A stretch of DNA of 64,000 nucleotides from Pelagomonas calceolata (taxonomy: Eukaryota), in contig CAKKNE010000002.1 in the NCBI GenBank assembly GCA_918797485.1, positions 6,076,001-6,140,000 on the forward strand, given 5' to 3'. Numbering within the stretch: the first letter of the stretch is position 1; every line of letters begins with the position of its first letter. Under the pieces are notes generated by a model, which saw nothing but the letters and a program-made list of their open reading frames with translations, ran no database searches and was not told the origin of the DNA. The position numbers and the translations under genes are program-made. This document shows positions 19,410 through 30,943 of this stretch, piece by piece.

Positions 19410-21614
19410 TTACGCAAGCGCCACACCACGTCGTCGCCACCACCGAAGCCGAAACCTCGGAACGGCCGCCCGCACCCCGACGATCGCCGCGGCCGCCGCC
19501 AGGACGACCGCGTCCGCGAGCGCGCGCGGCGACCGCACGAGGACGCGAAGGTGCCTGAACACGAGCAGCCGCGCGACGCGCCGCCGGCGCCAGGCGGGCG
19601 GCGGCGGCTCCGTCGCGACCGGCGCGGCCTCGAAGAAGGCCGCGTCGCCGCCCAAGAGGTCGCCGCCGGCGGGGAGCACCGGCGGCGGCTTCGGGGCGCG
19701 GCGGAAGGCGCCGCGGAGCGTCTCGCGTAATTCGGGCGTCAGCGGCTTGGTGGCCGCGGCGACGGCGGCGCGGCGCGCGGCCCGCAGCGCCGGCCGCGCG
19801 TCGACGTCGTAGGCGACGCGCCGCAGCGCCCGGCCGTCGGCGTCCTCGAGCAGGAGCGCCTTGACGACGGCCCCGACGTCCGGCGCGTCGCCGGCGTCGC
19901 CCGCCGACGACGCGAGCTTCTTCAGCCGGTCGACGTCGAGGCCGTTGTCGCTGGTTAGCAGCGCGGCCCGCAGGCGCGCCTCGCCCTGCGGCGTCCGCGG
20001 CGACAGCGCGCGCCGCGCGGCGTGCGGCGCCGCCGCCGCTAATGCCGAGAGGGGCGGGTCCATGCCGGCCGCGAAGCCGTCCAGCGTGATCACCGCGCGG
20101 ACGACGAAGAGCAGCCAGGGCGGCAGGATGAATTGATACGTGAGGGCGAGCTCCGTGAGGCGCGTCGTGATCTCCGTGAAGGAGCCCGCCGTGCCCTGGG
20201 ACGCCTTCTCGAGCGCGTCGACGAAGGACGCGGCGAAGTCCTCCTCCGAGCACGCCTGCCAGACGCCCGGCAAGAGACCAGAGGTCGGCGCGCCCGTCTT
20301 CGCGTCGACCCAGATGTTGGGTGACGGCGGCACGAGGCCGATCTCGCGGAAGGCCTCCAAGAGGTTCGGCCAGTCCTCGCTTACGATAGACGAGACGGCG
20401 TTCGCCATGGCCTCGCCCTGCGCCGGCGTCAGCCGCGTCACCAATCCAAAATCTAATAAAACTAAGCGGTCGTCGGGGTCGTAGAGCATGTTCCCGTAGT
20501 GCGGGTCGGCATGAACAAAATTCGTCCCGAAGAGCTGCAGGAAGCACACGTCCAGGCCCTTCTCGACCATGGCGCGCTGCCGTTCCGGGGTCAACGCCCC
20601 GAGCGGCTGGCCGTCGACCCACTCCGCGAGGTGGACGCGCGGCGTCACGGACCACTTCGCGGGCGCCACGTCGCGCGAGAAGCCCGCGCGCGGCACGCGG
20701 AGGTACGACGCCTTCGGGAAGTGCACGTCCCAGAACCGCGCCGCGTTCTCCGCCTCCTTGCGAAAGTCGAGCTCGCGGAACAACCCCGCCGTCACCTCGT
20801 CGACGATGGCCGGGTAGTCCGTCGTGCCGCCCCAGAAGTCCTGGAGCCACGCCAGCAGCAAGCGGACGGCGTAGCAGTCGAGCGCGACCTGGTCGACGAC
20901 GCCCGGCCGGCGCACCTTGACCGCGACGGTGGCGTTGTTCGCGGTCGTGGCCTTGTAGACCTGGGCGAGGGATGCGGCCGCGATGGGCGCGTCCGAGATC
21001 TCTTTCAGTTTCACGGGCGCGCCGGCCTGCGTCGCGGCGGGCGGTTACCAAGCGCGACTCCGTCTCTGAAGGACACGGGACACACGTACCAGGTCCTCCT
21101 CCACGGCTTTTTTGGCGATGGCATCCGCAAAGGGCCGGTTCGAGTCCTGGAGCGACTCGAGCGACGCCGCCGCCTCCTCCCCAATAATATCCGGCCGCGT
21201 CGCCAGCGTCTGCGCGAGCTTCACGAAGACGACGCCGAGCTTCGACACCTCGTCTCTCAAAGTCGCGCCCCGCGGCGACGCGCCGGGCCGCTGGCCGACG
21301 GCCCTCGCTTCCCGCGCCGCCTTCTGGTCGAAGTCGTCGGGGCTGCCGCGGCGCCAGGCGGCGTAGCTCCGCGCCACCGCCGCGGCGATGGCCGAGAGGC
21401 GCCTGGCTACCGCAAAAGGTCGCCGCTCGTAGTAGGCGGTAATGCCGGCGATCTTCTCGTCGAACGTCTTGCTGTCCGAGAGAATGAGCGGTTCGAGTTC
21501 GGGCGACTCGTACTGCTGCTCTGCAACTGCGGCGGCATGCAGTCGCGAGCTGTGACGTCGCGGCGGCGTTAGCGTATACCCACGGACAGCTGCAATGAGC
21601 AGCATACATCGCAT
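19410..21614 (-). CDS. ABC1/UbiB atypical kinase (plastid), 2 exons (21614-21090, 21026-19410)
   Basis: LGVVFVKLAQTLATRPD, PIAAASLAQVY, VAVKVRRP, ELDF..EA.N, HADPHYGN, LLDFG; GT-AG 63-nt intron. Confidence 0.9.
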
Positions 21615-21744
21615 GGTGCGTGAGCAACGCGCCTAGAGCAGTGCACCGTTGATGCCAGGCTAGGTATGTAACTAAATATTAAATTATCACACGTAGGCCG
21701 CAGCAGCACCGCATGCAGCGGTCAGAGCCAGCTGCAGCATGTCT

Positions 21745-21767
21745 GCTAGTGTCTTACAGCCGCTAGC
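21745..21767. promoter_or_regulatory. Conserved upstream motif
   Basis: GCTAGTGTCTTACAGCCGCTAGC, identical to the copy at 1378. Confidence 0.6.
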
Positions 21768-21843
21768 CGCAGGAGTCCTGCCCGTAACAAAAAAGTCGGA
21801 GTCTCGGATATTATCTTACTTAGTTCACAGATAGAGGGATAGA

Positions 21844-22983
21844 TCACTCCGCTTCCGGCTCTGACCGGGCCGCCGGCGTCGACGGCAGCTCGACGACGAC
21901 GGCCGTGATGTTGTCCGTGGAGCCCTTCTCGAAGGCCGCGCGCGCGAGGCGCTCGGCCGCGTCGTCGGGCCGCGCGCCGACGACGACGTCCGCGGCGCCG
22001 GCGGCGTCGAGCACGTCCCAGACGCCGTCGCACGCGAGGATGACGTGCGTCGCGCCGGCCACGGGGACCGTGGCCGTCTCGGCGTCGGCCACGACGGGGC
22101 AGCTCGACTTCATCTTGAGCGGCCGGCCGCCCAGCGCGCGAGTCAGCGTGATGCCGCCCGGGTAGACCCGCATGGGGTTCTTCGGGTGCGTGCGGTAGGC
22201 GATGTTCGGCGAGAGCACCTTCGCGGCCAGCTTCGTCGCCTTCGAGGCCTTGGCCTCCTTCTCGTTGCGGCCCACCAACCCTCCGGCCGCGCGGACCCGC
22301 TGGGCCTCGGCCGGGTTCGACGCGTTGTGGTCGCGCGTCAGCACGCGCGCGCCCGCGCCGGACACGACGACGCAGCGCGAGTCGCCGACCCAGCCCACGG
22401 ACAGCGTGTCGCCGTTGACGACCGCGACGACGGCCGTCGTCGCGTCGACCCAGCCCGCGCGCCGGGCCTCGGCGTCCACGGCCGTCTCGCAGCTCGCGAG
22501 GAAGGCCGCGATGGCGGGCGACGCGTCGCCCGCTCTAGAATCGAGGAGGGCCTGGCGGAGCTTCTCGCTCGCGAGCCGCGCGCCGCAGAGCTTCGCCGCG
22601 CGCGCGCCGCCGCAGCCGTCGAAGACGCCCGCCACCGTGACCGGGCCCTTCGACGCCACGACGTGCGCGTCCTCCATGGCCGCGCGCTTGCCCTGCATCC
22701 CGAAGGCCGACGTCTTGTGCGCCGGCGGCTCCTCGCTGGAGCCGCCGCCGCGCAGCTTCTGCTGGGGGGGCGCCTCTCTACTTGACTCCTCGCGCTCCTT
22801 CTTGGCGCGCTTGAAGAGCAGGCCCGCCGCGACGACGACGACGAGGCCCGCGAGCGTCCCGGCCGCGAAGGCGAGGAGCCACGGAAACCAGCCCGCCGGC
22901 GGCGGCGCCTCGACGGGCGCCGCCGGCGCGGACCGGCCGCGCCGCGCGAGCGCGCCGCCCACGCGTTTGAGATTTTTGATCAT
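21844..22983 (-). CDS. PP2C protein phosphatase with N-terminal TM anchor
   Basis: MQGKR..MED, GVFDGCGG, VGDSR, TRDH, TRALG, ILACDGVWD, GSTDNIT. Confidence 0.88.
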   Translation of the reverse strand: MIKNLKRVGGALARRGRSAPAAPVEAPPPAGWFPWLLAFAAGTLAGLVVVVAAGLLFKRAKKEREESSREAPPQQKLRGGGSSEEPPAHKTSAFGMQGKRAAMEDAHVVASKGPVTVAGVFDGCGGARAAKLCGARLASEKLRQALLDSRAGDASPAIAAFLASCETAVDAEARRAGWVDATTAVVAVVNGDTLSVGWVGDSRCVVVSGAGARVLTRDHNASNPAEAQRVRAAGGLVGRNEKEAKASKATKLAAKVLSPNIAYRTHPKNPMRVYPGGITLTRALGGRPLKMKSSCPVVADAETATVPVAGATHVILACDGVWDVLDAAGAADVVVGARPDDAAERLARAAFEKGSTDNITAVVVELPSTPAARSEPEAE

Positions 22984-23136
22984 GGCTGCCAATTGGCCTG
23001 GATTTGCCTGGAGCCTTCAAGTTGCGCGCGCTCGCTCGCCGTGTGCAGCGCGCTGGGATCTAGGTCTCAGCGCTCGTTTACACGCACCGGTGCTGCCTAG
23101 CGCTCCAATGCGCGAGAAAGCCGGCGGCCCGAGCTT

Positions 23137-23161
23137 GCTAGCGGCATGTAAAGACACTAGC
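23137..23161. promoter_or_regulatory. Conserved upstream motif
   Basis: GCTAGCGGCATGTAAAGACACTAGC, about 155 bp upstream of the PP2C ATG. Confidence 0.55.
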
Positions 23162-23198
23162 AAGCAAACTCGGACGCAGCATGCAGCCGCTTGAGTAG

Positions 23199-24292
23199 CC
23201 TTCTGTTCGCTAATGGTCCAAAGAGATCAATGGGACACTTACTGGGGGCCGAAAAAATTAAATTTTTTAATTCGCGATATTGACGATCCCGCCATGACGG
23301 CCGCGCCGGTGGAATCCTGTCAATCCCTGTCAAAGAGATCTCCCTGGGGTCGCCTGGGGTCGGTACTATACACGTGCAAGCGTCTACACCGCATACGCCG
23401 GCGCTTCAAGCATTTTTGGCCGATTTCTCTCAGCAGACCACTCCAATTTAGCAATAAAAGGCCAAGGTTTGCTTCCAGGGCTCTCGGAGAGCACTGGGCT
23501 GCCGCATCGACGGCGTATGCGGTGCAGGCGCTTACCCCTTATCAGACCTACCTCGGGAGGCCTCCAGGAGCCGATCTGCATCCGAAAAAAGTGTGCAATT
23601 TGGGCCCGATGGCGCCCCGTTCCCGTCAAAAACGGCAATTACCCGAGGGTCCCCAGTGGTCGCCGTAGCGGTCTCGTTGGACCCCATACTACCCCACCGA
23701 TAGTCAATTACAAGTATATGGCATCTACATCACGAGAAGGGTACTTTTGGCTGCCCATGCTCGGGACGTGAACATCTTGATCTGGACCTCGCTTAAGTCG
23801 GTCGATCATGGGACAAATGATCGCGTCATGATGCATGGTGATGGTACACGGGCTGATGGTCGCAGGGCCAAGTAATTTGCCATTCTTTGCTAGATAGTGG
23901 GCTCGCGAGACCGACGACCCGCGCCGAGCATCTTTGGGTCTCGGGGCAATGTAGTACACGTCCGGGCCTGTTATCTGGCCCGTCCCACAACTAAATCGCC
24001 TGAAACGCAAATTTATTTTATAAACCACCGGTCTGGGGCCTTTCCGGTGCTCCGTCTCCGCACCGTCGTCCGCGGAGAACGGGCAAGTCGGTCGATTGTG
24101 AATAGAACAACGGCGTTATGGTCCATCTGGGTGGTGGCGTCGCTGATACTCGCAGGTTTGGGATTCTTGCTCGTTTAACATAAAACGCGCGGTACCGAAG
24201 TCGTCGAATCCCGCGGCTCTAACGGGTGATCTAAAATAGCTCAGTAGTCGCTGATTCGGCCTAGATGGACTGTACCACTAACAAACGGAAGG
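23199..24292. mobile_element. Possible degenerate non-autonomous DNA element
   Basis: Lower-GC non-coding block; ends CCTTCTGTTCGCTAATGGTCCA and TGTACCACTAACAAACGGAAGG form an imperfect inverted repeat (17/22); internal IR at 23376-23400 / 23511-23535; no clear TSD. Confidence 0.3.
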
Positions 24293-24725
24293 AAACGAAC
24301 ATAAACGCGAGAGTTGTCTAGTATAATTCTTTTCCCGCCCTCCGGGCGCGGGCCGTCGGCTCCGGTTCCGTCGAATATGTATGAAAACTGGGCTGGAGTT
24401 GATATGATGTACCATTTGGACGGTAGAAGGCACCGTCAAACGCTGGTGTATTTTGGCGAGCCGCAAGACGCAGTGACCTAGCGTATCGACATACTAGGAA
24501 TCTGTGGGGAGCGGGAGGGGTACGGGGAACCCTGCGACGTAACTAGCCTCAGCCTCAGCCTCTGTATATATATACATACATATAGTATACACGTATACAG
24601 GCCTAGGCGGATGGCTTTTGAAAACAGACCTCTCCGACTGACCCCCGAATAGTGAAGTTCAAACGGCAATCTCCGCTCTGTAGGCGAAGAAGGATATATA
24701 AAATCAACGACATTACACGCATAGA

Positions 24726-25196
24726 TCACCGCGGAGGTTTTGGCACGCGCAGTTCTCCGTCCCGATCCACGAACTCGATAACGGACATCGGCGCCGCGTC
24801 GCCGCGCCGCCGCTGCATCAAGTGCAGCACGCGCGTGTAGCCGCCGTTGCGCGTCGCGTAGCGAGGCCCGATGACCTCGAACAGCTTCCGCAGCGCTCCC
24901 TGCTCGCGCACAATGCGCGCCGCCAGATTCATGCCGTGGCGCTGGTCGCTCTTCTTGGCGTAGGTGACGAGCCGCTCGGCGTACGGCCGCAGCGTCTTCG
25001 CCTTGGGCGTGGTGGTGCGGATGCGCTCGTGTTTGATCAGCGACGTGACCATGTTCCTGAGCATCGCGATGCGGTGCGCTGACGTTCTGTTAAGCTTCTT
25101 CCTTCGATGACTCTTCAGAGAGCGCGCGGGCGTGACGACCGGGGCGCGCTGCGCAGAGACGCGCTGCACCGCGCGAGCGAAGGCGAGGCGCAGCAT
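24726..25196 (-). CDS. rpl17: Ribosomal protein bL17 (mitochondrial)
   Basis: KLNRTSAHRIAMLRNMVTSLIKHERIRTTTPKAK...RYATRNGGYTR...RRGDAAPMSVIEFVD with an Arg-rich transit peptide. Confidence 0.95.
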   Translation of the reverse strand: MLRLAFARAVQRVSAQRAPVVTPARSLKSHRRKKLNRTSAHRIAMLRNMVTSLIKHERIRTTTPKAKTLRPYAERLVTYAKKSDQRHGMNLAARIVREQGALRKLFEVIGPRYATRNGGYTRVLHLMQRRRGDAAPMSVIEFVDRDGELRVPKPPR

Positions 25197-25414
25197 TATC
25201 AGTGGTACGGCGGGCCAGCGATGGGCAGGGTCAGCGCAGGTGGCGGCCGCGTTTGCACAGCGGCGAGGCAGAGAGGCCTGTCAGATGATTGGGTGCGGCC
25301 GCGTGAACGCGACAATTTTCACAGCGGTGGGTCTGAGGCTCGCGCGCTGCTATGTATCGACCAGCGTTTGGCGTAACAGCGTCAAAATGGCCGCCGGCGG
25401 CCGGTGGCTTGCTC

Positions 25415-25437
25415 GCTAGTGTCTTACCGCCGCTAGC
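25415..25437. promoter_or_regulatory. Conserved upstream motif in a divergent promoter
   Basis: GCTAGTGTCTTACCGCCGCTAGC, midway between the rpl17 and PP2C starts. Confidence 0.6.
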
Positions 25438-25685
25438 GCGACTTGGGCGCCGGTGCCCAAAAACCAGCCGGCACGGGGAAGCCAGAGCCGCATTGGCCGC
25501 CCAAGGACCCACATCGATCGCAGCGTAGGCCTATACGCCTTCGCAGCGGCTGCAAGCTGGTACAAGGCACCCCAGTGGCTGAGCTCGTTCTCGCAAGGCG
25601 TCCTTGCGAGCTTCGGCTGGTTTTGCGAGCCCCATCGACGGACGCCAAACAATCGTAGGGGCGCAAAAGATAGGCTCGCAGAACG

Positions 25686-26543
25686 ATGCCGCGCAAAAAG
25701 GCGAAGCCCACGCGCATCGTAAAGCTCGACTACGGCTCAGCCCACACGGAGAAGGCGCGCTACGCTAGTAGGGAGGATCGCCACTTCGCGTCTGAGATCG
25801 GAAGCGCCGACGACTTCCACGACGGTGCGTTTTACCTCGTGGGCGTCATCGATGGCCATCGGGGCGCGGCGTGCGCCGAGGAAGTAGCGCGTTTCCTGCC
25901 GTCGGTGATCGGCGGCGGGTCGTCGTTCCAGGACGCATTCGCCCGCATGGACCGCGTAGTAAGGGATGAGCGCTCCGGCGCGTGCTGCTGCGTGGCCACC
26001 GTCAAGGGCGTGCTGCTGGAAGACGCGCAGCCGACGCTGGACGTCGCGTGGCTGGGCGACTGCCGGGCGTTCGTGGCGCGCCGAAGCGGCGGCGTCGAGC
26101 GCCTGACGACGGACCACGCTCCAGACAAGGAGCGCGAGCGCATCGAAGCGGCCGGCGGCATGTTAGTTGATGACGACGGCTGTGTCCGAGTCGGCGTGAG
26201 ACCCGACGACGACGACGACGCAACGACCGTCGACCTGCTCGCCGCCTGCCGGGCCTTCGGCGACGCCGACTTCAAGCGGCCCAAGCCCGTGGTCGTCGCG
26301 ACGCCGGACGTGAGGACGATGCAGTTAGACTCGGACTGCGAGTTCATCGTGCTGTGCACGGACGGCTGCTACGAGGGCTTGCCGACCGACGAGCGTGTTC
26401 TAGAAGCGGTAAAGGCGGGCATCGCCGACGACGAGTCCGGGCAAGCGGCGGCGGCGGGCGCGCGAGCGGTCGTCGACGCGGCCGTCGCGGGCGGCGCTAC
26501 GGATGACGTGACGTGTGTGGTGTTGCGGACCGTGCTCGAGTAA
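25686..26543 (+). CDS. PP2C protein phosphatase
   Basis: REDR, GVIDGHRG, AWLGDCR, LTTDH, RAFGD, VLCTDG, ATDDVT. Confidence 0.88.
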   Translation: MPRKKAKPTRIVKLDYGSAHTEKARYASREDRHFASEIGSADDFHDGAFYLVGVIDGHRGAACAEEVARFLPSVIGGGSSFQDAFARMDRVVRDERSGACCCVATVKGVLLEDAQPTLDVAWLGDCRAFVARRSGGVERLTTDHAPDKERERIEAAGGMLVDDDGCVRVGVRPDDDDDATTVDLLAACRAFGDADFKRPKPVVVATPDVRTMQLDSDCEFIVLCTDGCYEGLPTDERVLEAVKAGIADDESGQAAAAGARAVVDAAVAGGATDDVTCVVLRTVLE

Positions 26544-26830
26544 ATGTGTCCTGTGCTTGTGTGGTGTGTCGCTCGCGTACCCTTCCGAGGCCAAGTGGCT
26601 CTAAGGTATTTAGTTTTTTTGCGAGACCATACCTGACGGGTTTCTCAGCGCGTTTTTGCAGCTCCGCTCGAGCCTCTGCGCTTGGTGCCTCCTCGCGTCC
26701 TCTATATAACACAACCGCTCCAACCGAGTCAACAAATCACGGGACGAAAACCATAACTCAGGGGCTAAAAACCGATCTGGATACTGGAGCCACGGCTGTG
26801 GTCGTGGAAGACCCGGCCGCGACGCTAAAA

Positions 26831-28039
26831 ATGAGGCCCCTGCGAGCGCTCTACATCGCGCTCGCGATCTGCTACACAGCGCAAGCTCGGCTCTCGCGGT
26901 CGCGGTCGTCGCGCGTGCACCACTCGACGATGCATCACGCGACGATGCATCACGCGACGATGCATCACCCGATTACGGCGGGGCACACGCCGCATACCTC
27001 GAAAGCCCTTGAAGCGCTACACAAGCAACGCGAAAAGAAACAAGCGGAAGCCGAGGCCGCCCGGCGCAACGCGACCGCGAAACAGCCTCCGCCTCAAGCC
27101 CCAAAGCCGGCGCCGCGCAAGCCGCCGCCGCCGCGCCAGGCGCCGCCGCCGCGGCTCTCGCCGACTGTGGTCGCGCGCGCCGAAGCGACGTCGTGCTGGC
27201 TCCACGTGAGCGGCCTCCACCACTCGGGCACCGGCGTGTTGCGGATGCTCATCGCGAGGAACCCGCTCGCGTCGATCCAGAGCTGGTCAAATTCGCGTTT
27301 TGTGGAGCACGAAAGCCAGTGGGCCCAGCACTCGTATCCCGCCTTCGCGGCCCGGACAAATGCGACGTGCCCACCGGGCAGCGCGGCGGCGGCGTACACG
27401 TGCCCGCAACTCCAGGCGCTCGCGACGCCGTCGACGCGGCACGCGATCGCCAAGGAGTGGCTCGCCGCGCACCGCGAGCCGACGAAGCCCATTCTCGTCC
27501 AGAAGAACCCGACGCTCGACATAGGCTTCCTGGAACATCTGTTCCCGAGGACCGCGCACGCGTTGGTCATGCGGCACCCATTTCACTGGCGCATTGGTCT
27601 CCGGACGCACTGCAACCACTCGGCGGCGTGCCGGTTCGACGTCTGGCGAGCCGTCTGGAAGGAGACATTCGAAGTCCTCCCGACCATTCGAAGGTATTTC
27701 GTCGTTCAGTACGAGGCCTTGCCGGGGTTCGAAGCGCAGGTCACCGCGTTCGCGGGACGGCTCTGCGGCGGCGCGCCTCGGCGGCGTCTCTATCTGACCG
27801 GCACCGACGTGCACTACGACGGCGCGGAAGCGTCCAAATACGATGCGGTGTGGGCCTCGGCGGACCGCGCGAGCCTGACGCCATGGGAATCATTTATGCG
27901 TGGCACGTTCGGCTACTCGCTCCTCCACCGCGAGAACGCGTCGGCGGACGTGCGGACCGGGCGGTTCCTGGCGACTTCTCTGGAGCCGGTTGTTGGGGGC
28001 CTGGAGTGGGTGCCGCGCCCGTACGTCCGGCGCGCGTGA
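26831..28039 (+). CDS. Secreted/Golgi sulfotransferase-like protein with His-rich (HATMH)n repeat
   Basis: Signal peptide; 5'-PSB-like VSGLHHSGT; QKNP, VMRHP, VVQYEAL. Confidence 0.65.
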   Translation: MRPLRALYIALAICYTAQARLSRSRSSRVHHSTMHHATMHHATMHHPITAGHTPHTSKALEALHKQREKKQAEAEAARRNATAKQPPPQAPKPAPRKPPPPRQAPPPRLSPTVVARAEATSCWLHVSGLHHSGTGVLRMLIARNPLASIQSWSNSRFVEHESQWAQHSYPAFAARTNATCPPGSAAAAYTCPQLQALATPSTRHAIAKEWLAAHREPTKPILVQKNPTLDIGFLEHLFPRTAHALVMRHPFHWRIGLRTHCNHSAACRFDVWRAVWKETFEVLPTIRRYFVVQYEALPGFEAQVTAFAGRLCGGAPRRRLYLTGTDVHYDGAEASKYDAVWASADRASLTPWESFMRGTFGYSLLHRENASADVRTGRFLATSLEPVVGGLEWVPRPYVRRA

Positions 28040-28333
28040 CTCCGAAGAGCCACGGCGCCACCACGAAACAAGCAAGACCAAAGAAGAATAAGAGTACAAA
28101 AACCATCTATAGGACGTGTCCTGCTGTACCCCACCGAGCCGCTGGGCGAAGATGACTGGCAGACTCCATCTACACAGACGACGGCGCGAGGCACGGCTGC
28201 GCAAAGTGATTGTGGCTTAAAGTCGCGTGAATTGCTGCATTCGCACGAGTCGAATCACAAGCGACTTTCGACAGCTGAGGTTTCAGCGGCTGCAAACCGA
28301 GCAACAGCCTGACACCTGCTGCAACGCAGAGCT

Positions 28334-30625
28334 ATGACGCGCTCGTTGATGCTCAGCGTCGTGTTAGCAGCCGCAGTAGCACTGCAGCCTGCGCGACTAC
28401 GCAACGCGGCAACAACGACTCGCCTCCACGCCGCGAACATCCAGTACGGCGACACGGGCGGCGCCGCGTTGGTGCTCGACGACCTCTCGGTTCGAAGGGG
28501 CCCGGTCGAACTCGTCTCCGGCGCGACGTGGACGATCATGCCCGGCGAGCGCTGGGGCATCGTCGGCCCGAACGGCGCCGGGAAGAGCACGCTGCTCGGC
28601 GCGATCCTCGGGATCCACGACATGACGACGGGCCACGTCGCGGTGAAGACCGATGCGGACGTCGGGTACTTAGAACAGACGGGCGTCGGCGGGAGCGACA
28701 CGAGCGTGCGGACAGAAGTGATGTCGCGAATGGGGGCCCTGGCGGAAGCGCAGAAGGCCCTCACGGAGGCCACGGAGCGCGTCGAGGGCGGCGACTACTC
28801 CGAGGAGGCCCTCGAGGCGCTCGGCGAGGCGCAAACACAGTTCGAGGAGAAGGGCGGCTACACGGCCGAGGAGACCGTGTCCAAGGTGCTGGGCGGCCTC
28901 GGCTTCGACGTCAAGAAGGACCTGGACCGGCCGTGCTCCGACTTCAGCGGGGGGTGGCAGATGCGCATCGCGCTGGCGCGGCTCCTCCTCTCCGGCCCGG
29001 ACGTTTTATTCTTGGACGAGCCGACGAACCACCTGGACAGCGCGGCGCGGGCGTGGCTCGCGACCTACCTCGCGAGCTACGAGGGCACGCTGGTGCTCGT
29101 GAGCCACGACACGGCCATGCTGAAACGCGCGTGCGACTCCATCGCCGAGATCACGGGCGACGCGCCCACCGCGGACAAGCCCGGCTCGGGCCGGCGCCTC
29201 GAGACCTACAAGTCCTGCAGCTTCGACCAGTGGCGCCAGCAGCGCGCCGAGCGCGCCCAGCGCTGGGTGTCTACTTACGAGAGGCAGAAGGAGGAGGAGC
29301 GGGACCTGGAGGACTTCATCCGGCGCTTCGGCGCGAAGGCGTCCAAGGCGACCCAGGCCAAGGACCGCGAGCAGAAGCTCAAGCGCCTGCGGGAGGAGAT
29401 GGTCGACCGGCCGCCGCGCGACGTCATCGACCTCGCGGCGACGCTCGCCGACGAGGTCGAAGCCTTGAAGCGGGCGCAGCGCGACGGCGCCCCCGAGGAG
29501 AACCTGGGCGACACGGTCGCGTCGCCGCTCTTGAAGGTGCGCGGCGGGCCGGTGCTGCGGCTGCCGTCGCCGCCGCCGTGCGGCGCGCGGCCCGTCGCCC
29601 TGGCGGGCGCGGACGTGGGGTGGCCGAACGAGGGCGAGACGCTCGCGCGGCGCGCGCGGCGCAGCGACGACGAATTGGACCTGGAGGAGATCGAGGACGC
29701 GACGGTCATCGTAAAGAACGTCGACCTGACCATCGAGCGGGAGATGCGCCTCGTGGTCCGCGGCGCGAACGGCGCGGGCAAGTCGACGCTCATCAAGGCC
29801 CTCGCGGGGGCCATGCCGCTCGTCGGCGGCGAGCGCATCGAGGACGACCGACTCGCGTTGGGCTACTTCCGCCAGGACCTCTCGCAGGAGCTGCCCCAGG
29901 ACAAGACGGCCCTCGAGGTCGCCGTGGAGACGGCGCGGCGCGACGGCGACGACATGACGAGCGAGCAGCGCGTCCGGGAGGTCCTCGGCGCGCTGGGCCT
30001 CAAGGGCGAGATGGCGCTGCGCCTCGTCGGCTCGCTCTCGGGCGGCGAGAAGGCGCGCGTCGCGCTGGCCTGCTTCGTCCTGACGCCGCAGAACGTCCTG
30101 ATCCTCGACGAGCCGTCGAACCACCTGGACGTGGACACGGTCGCGGCGCTCGCGGGCGGCCTCAACGCGTTCGAGGGCGCGATCGTCGTCATCTCCCACG
30201 ACCGCGCCTTCGTCGAGGAGCTGCGGCCGACGCACGTCCTGACGGTCGCGGACGGCGCCGCGACGCTCGAGAAGCGCGAGCTCGTCGACGCGGATTGGGA
30301 CGTGTCCTCCATCGACGAGCGGGGCGCGATCATCGAGGAGGCGACGGCGGAGCCCGCGGTCGCGGCGCCGGTCGTCGTCGTCGAGGAGGACGCGGCGACG
30401 CGGAAGAAGCGGCACAACGCGCCGCGGCGCATGGCGAAGCTCGAGGACCTGATCGCGGAGGCCGACGCCGCGATCGCGGCCGTCGACGACGACATGGTCG
30501 CGGCGGGCGCCGACGTCGGGAAGGCCGTCGACCTGCAGAAGCGGCGCGACGCGCTCCAGGCGGACCTGGATGGGCTGTGGGCCGAGTACGACGAGCTGGA
30601 CGCGCTGCTCGCCGTGGCGGCGTGA
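28334..30625 (+). CDS. ABCF family ATPase (plastid-targeted)
   Basis: Two NBDs (GPNGAGKST, FSGGWQMR, LDEPTNHLD; GANGAGKST, LSGGEKAR, LDEPSNHLD), no TM, C-terminal coiled coil. Confidence 0.93.
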   Translation: MTRSLMLSVVLAAAVALQPARLRNAATTTRLHAANIQYGDTGGAALVLDDLSVRRGPVELVSGATWTIMPGERWGIVGPNGAGKSTLLGAILGIHDMTTGHVAVKTDADVGYLEQTGVGGSDTSVRTEVMSRMGALAEAQKALTEATERVEGGDYSEEALEALGEAQTQFEEKGGYTAEETVSKVLGGLGFDVKKDLDRPCSDFSGGWQMRIALARLLLSGPDVLFLDEPTNHLDSAARAWLATYLASYEGTLVLVSHDTAMLKRACDSIAEITGDAPTADKPGSGRRLETYKSCSFDQWRQQRAERAQRWVSTYERQKEEERDLEDFIRRFGAKASKATQAKDREQKLKRLREEMVDRPPRDVIDLAATLADEVEALKRAQRDGAPEENLGDTVASPLLKVRGGPVLRLPSPPPCGARPVALAGADVGWPNEGETLARRARRSDDELDLEEIEDATVIVKNVDLTIEREMRLVVRGANGAGKSTLIKALAGAMPLVGGERIEDDRLALGYFRQDLSQELPQDKTALEVAVETARRDGDDMTSEQRVREVLGALGLKGEMALRLVGSLSGGEKARVALACFVLTPQNVLILDEPSNHLDVDTVAALAGGLNAFEGAIVVISHDRAFVEELRPTHVLTVADGAATLEKRELVDADWDVSSIDERGAIIEEATAEPAVAAPVVVVEEDAATRKKRHNAPRRMAKLEDLIAEADAAIAAVDDDMVAAGADVGKAVDLQKRRDALQADLDGLWAEYDELDALLAVAA

Positions 30626-30943
30626 GTAAGTTGGATCTGTGAATATACTCATGTTACGGTGCTAGAACTAGTGGGCGGAGCCCCTGGGGGGAAACACCGC
30701 GCGCCGATCTGGAACAGAAAAAAATAATGCTAGTGAAGTGAGACACTAGCTCGAGGGTCGGTCGTGGGACCGAGCGTCCTGCGCCGCGCACTGCTCTATC
30801 TCACCACAGAACGGTCTGAACGACGCTCGTCGTCGTATACGGCAGAAGACAGCGTATACTTTCAAACGCGGCCGGCGGTGCCCTCAGCAAGAGCGTTCCT
30901 GCTTGAGAGCACAAAACCACTAAGCGCGCGCGGCAACCAAAAG

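Noticed and set aside
18637..21627. 996-aa minus-strand ORF
   Set aside because: Arg/Gly/Ala-rich alternative frame over the ABC1 kinase and LHC genes; a high-GC artefact.
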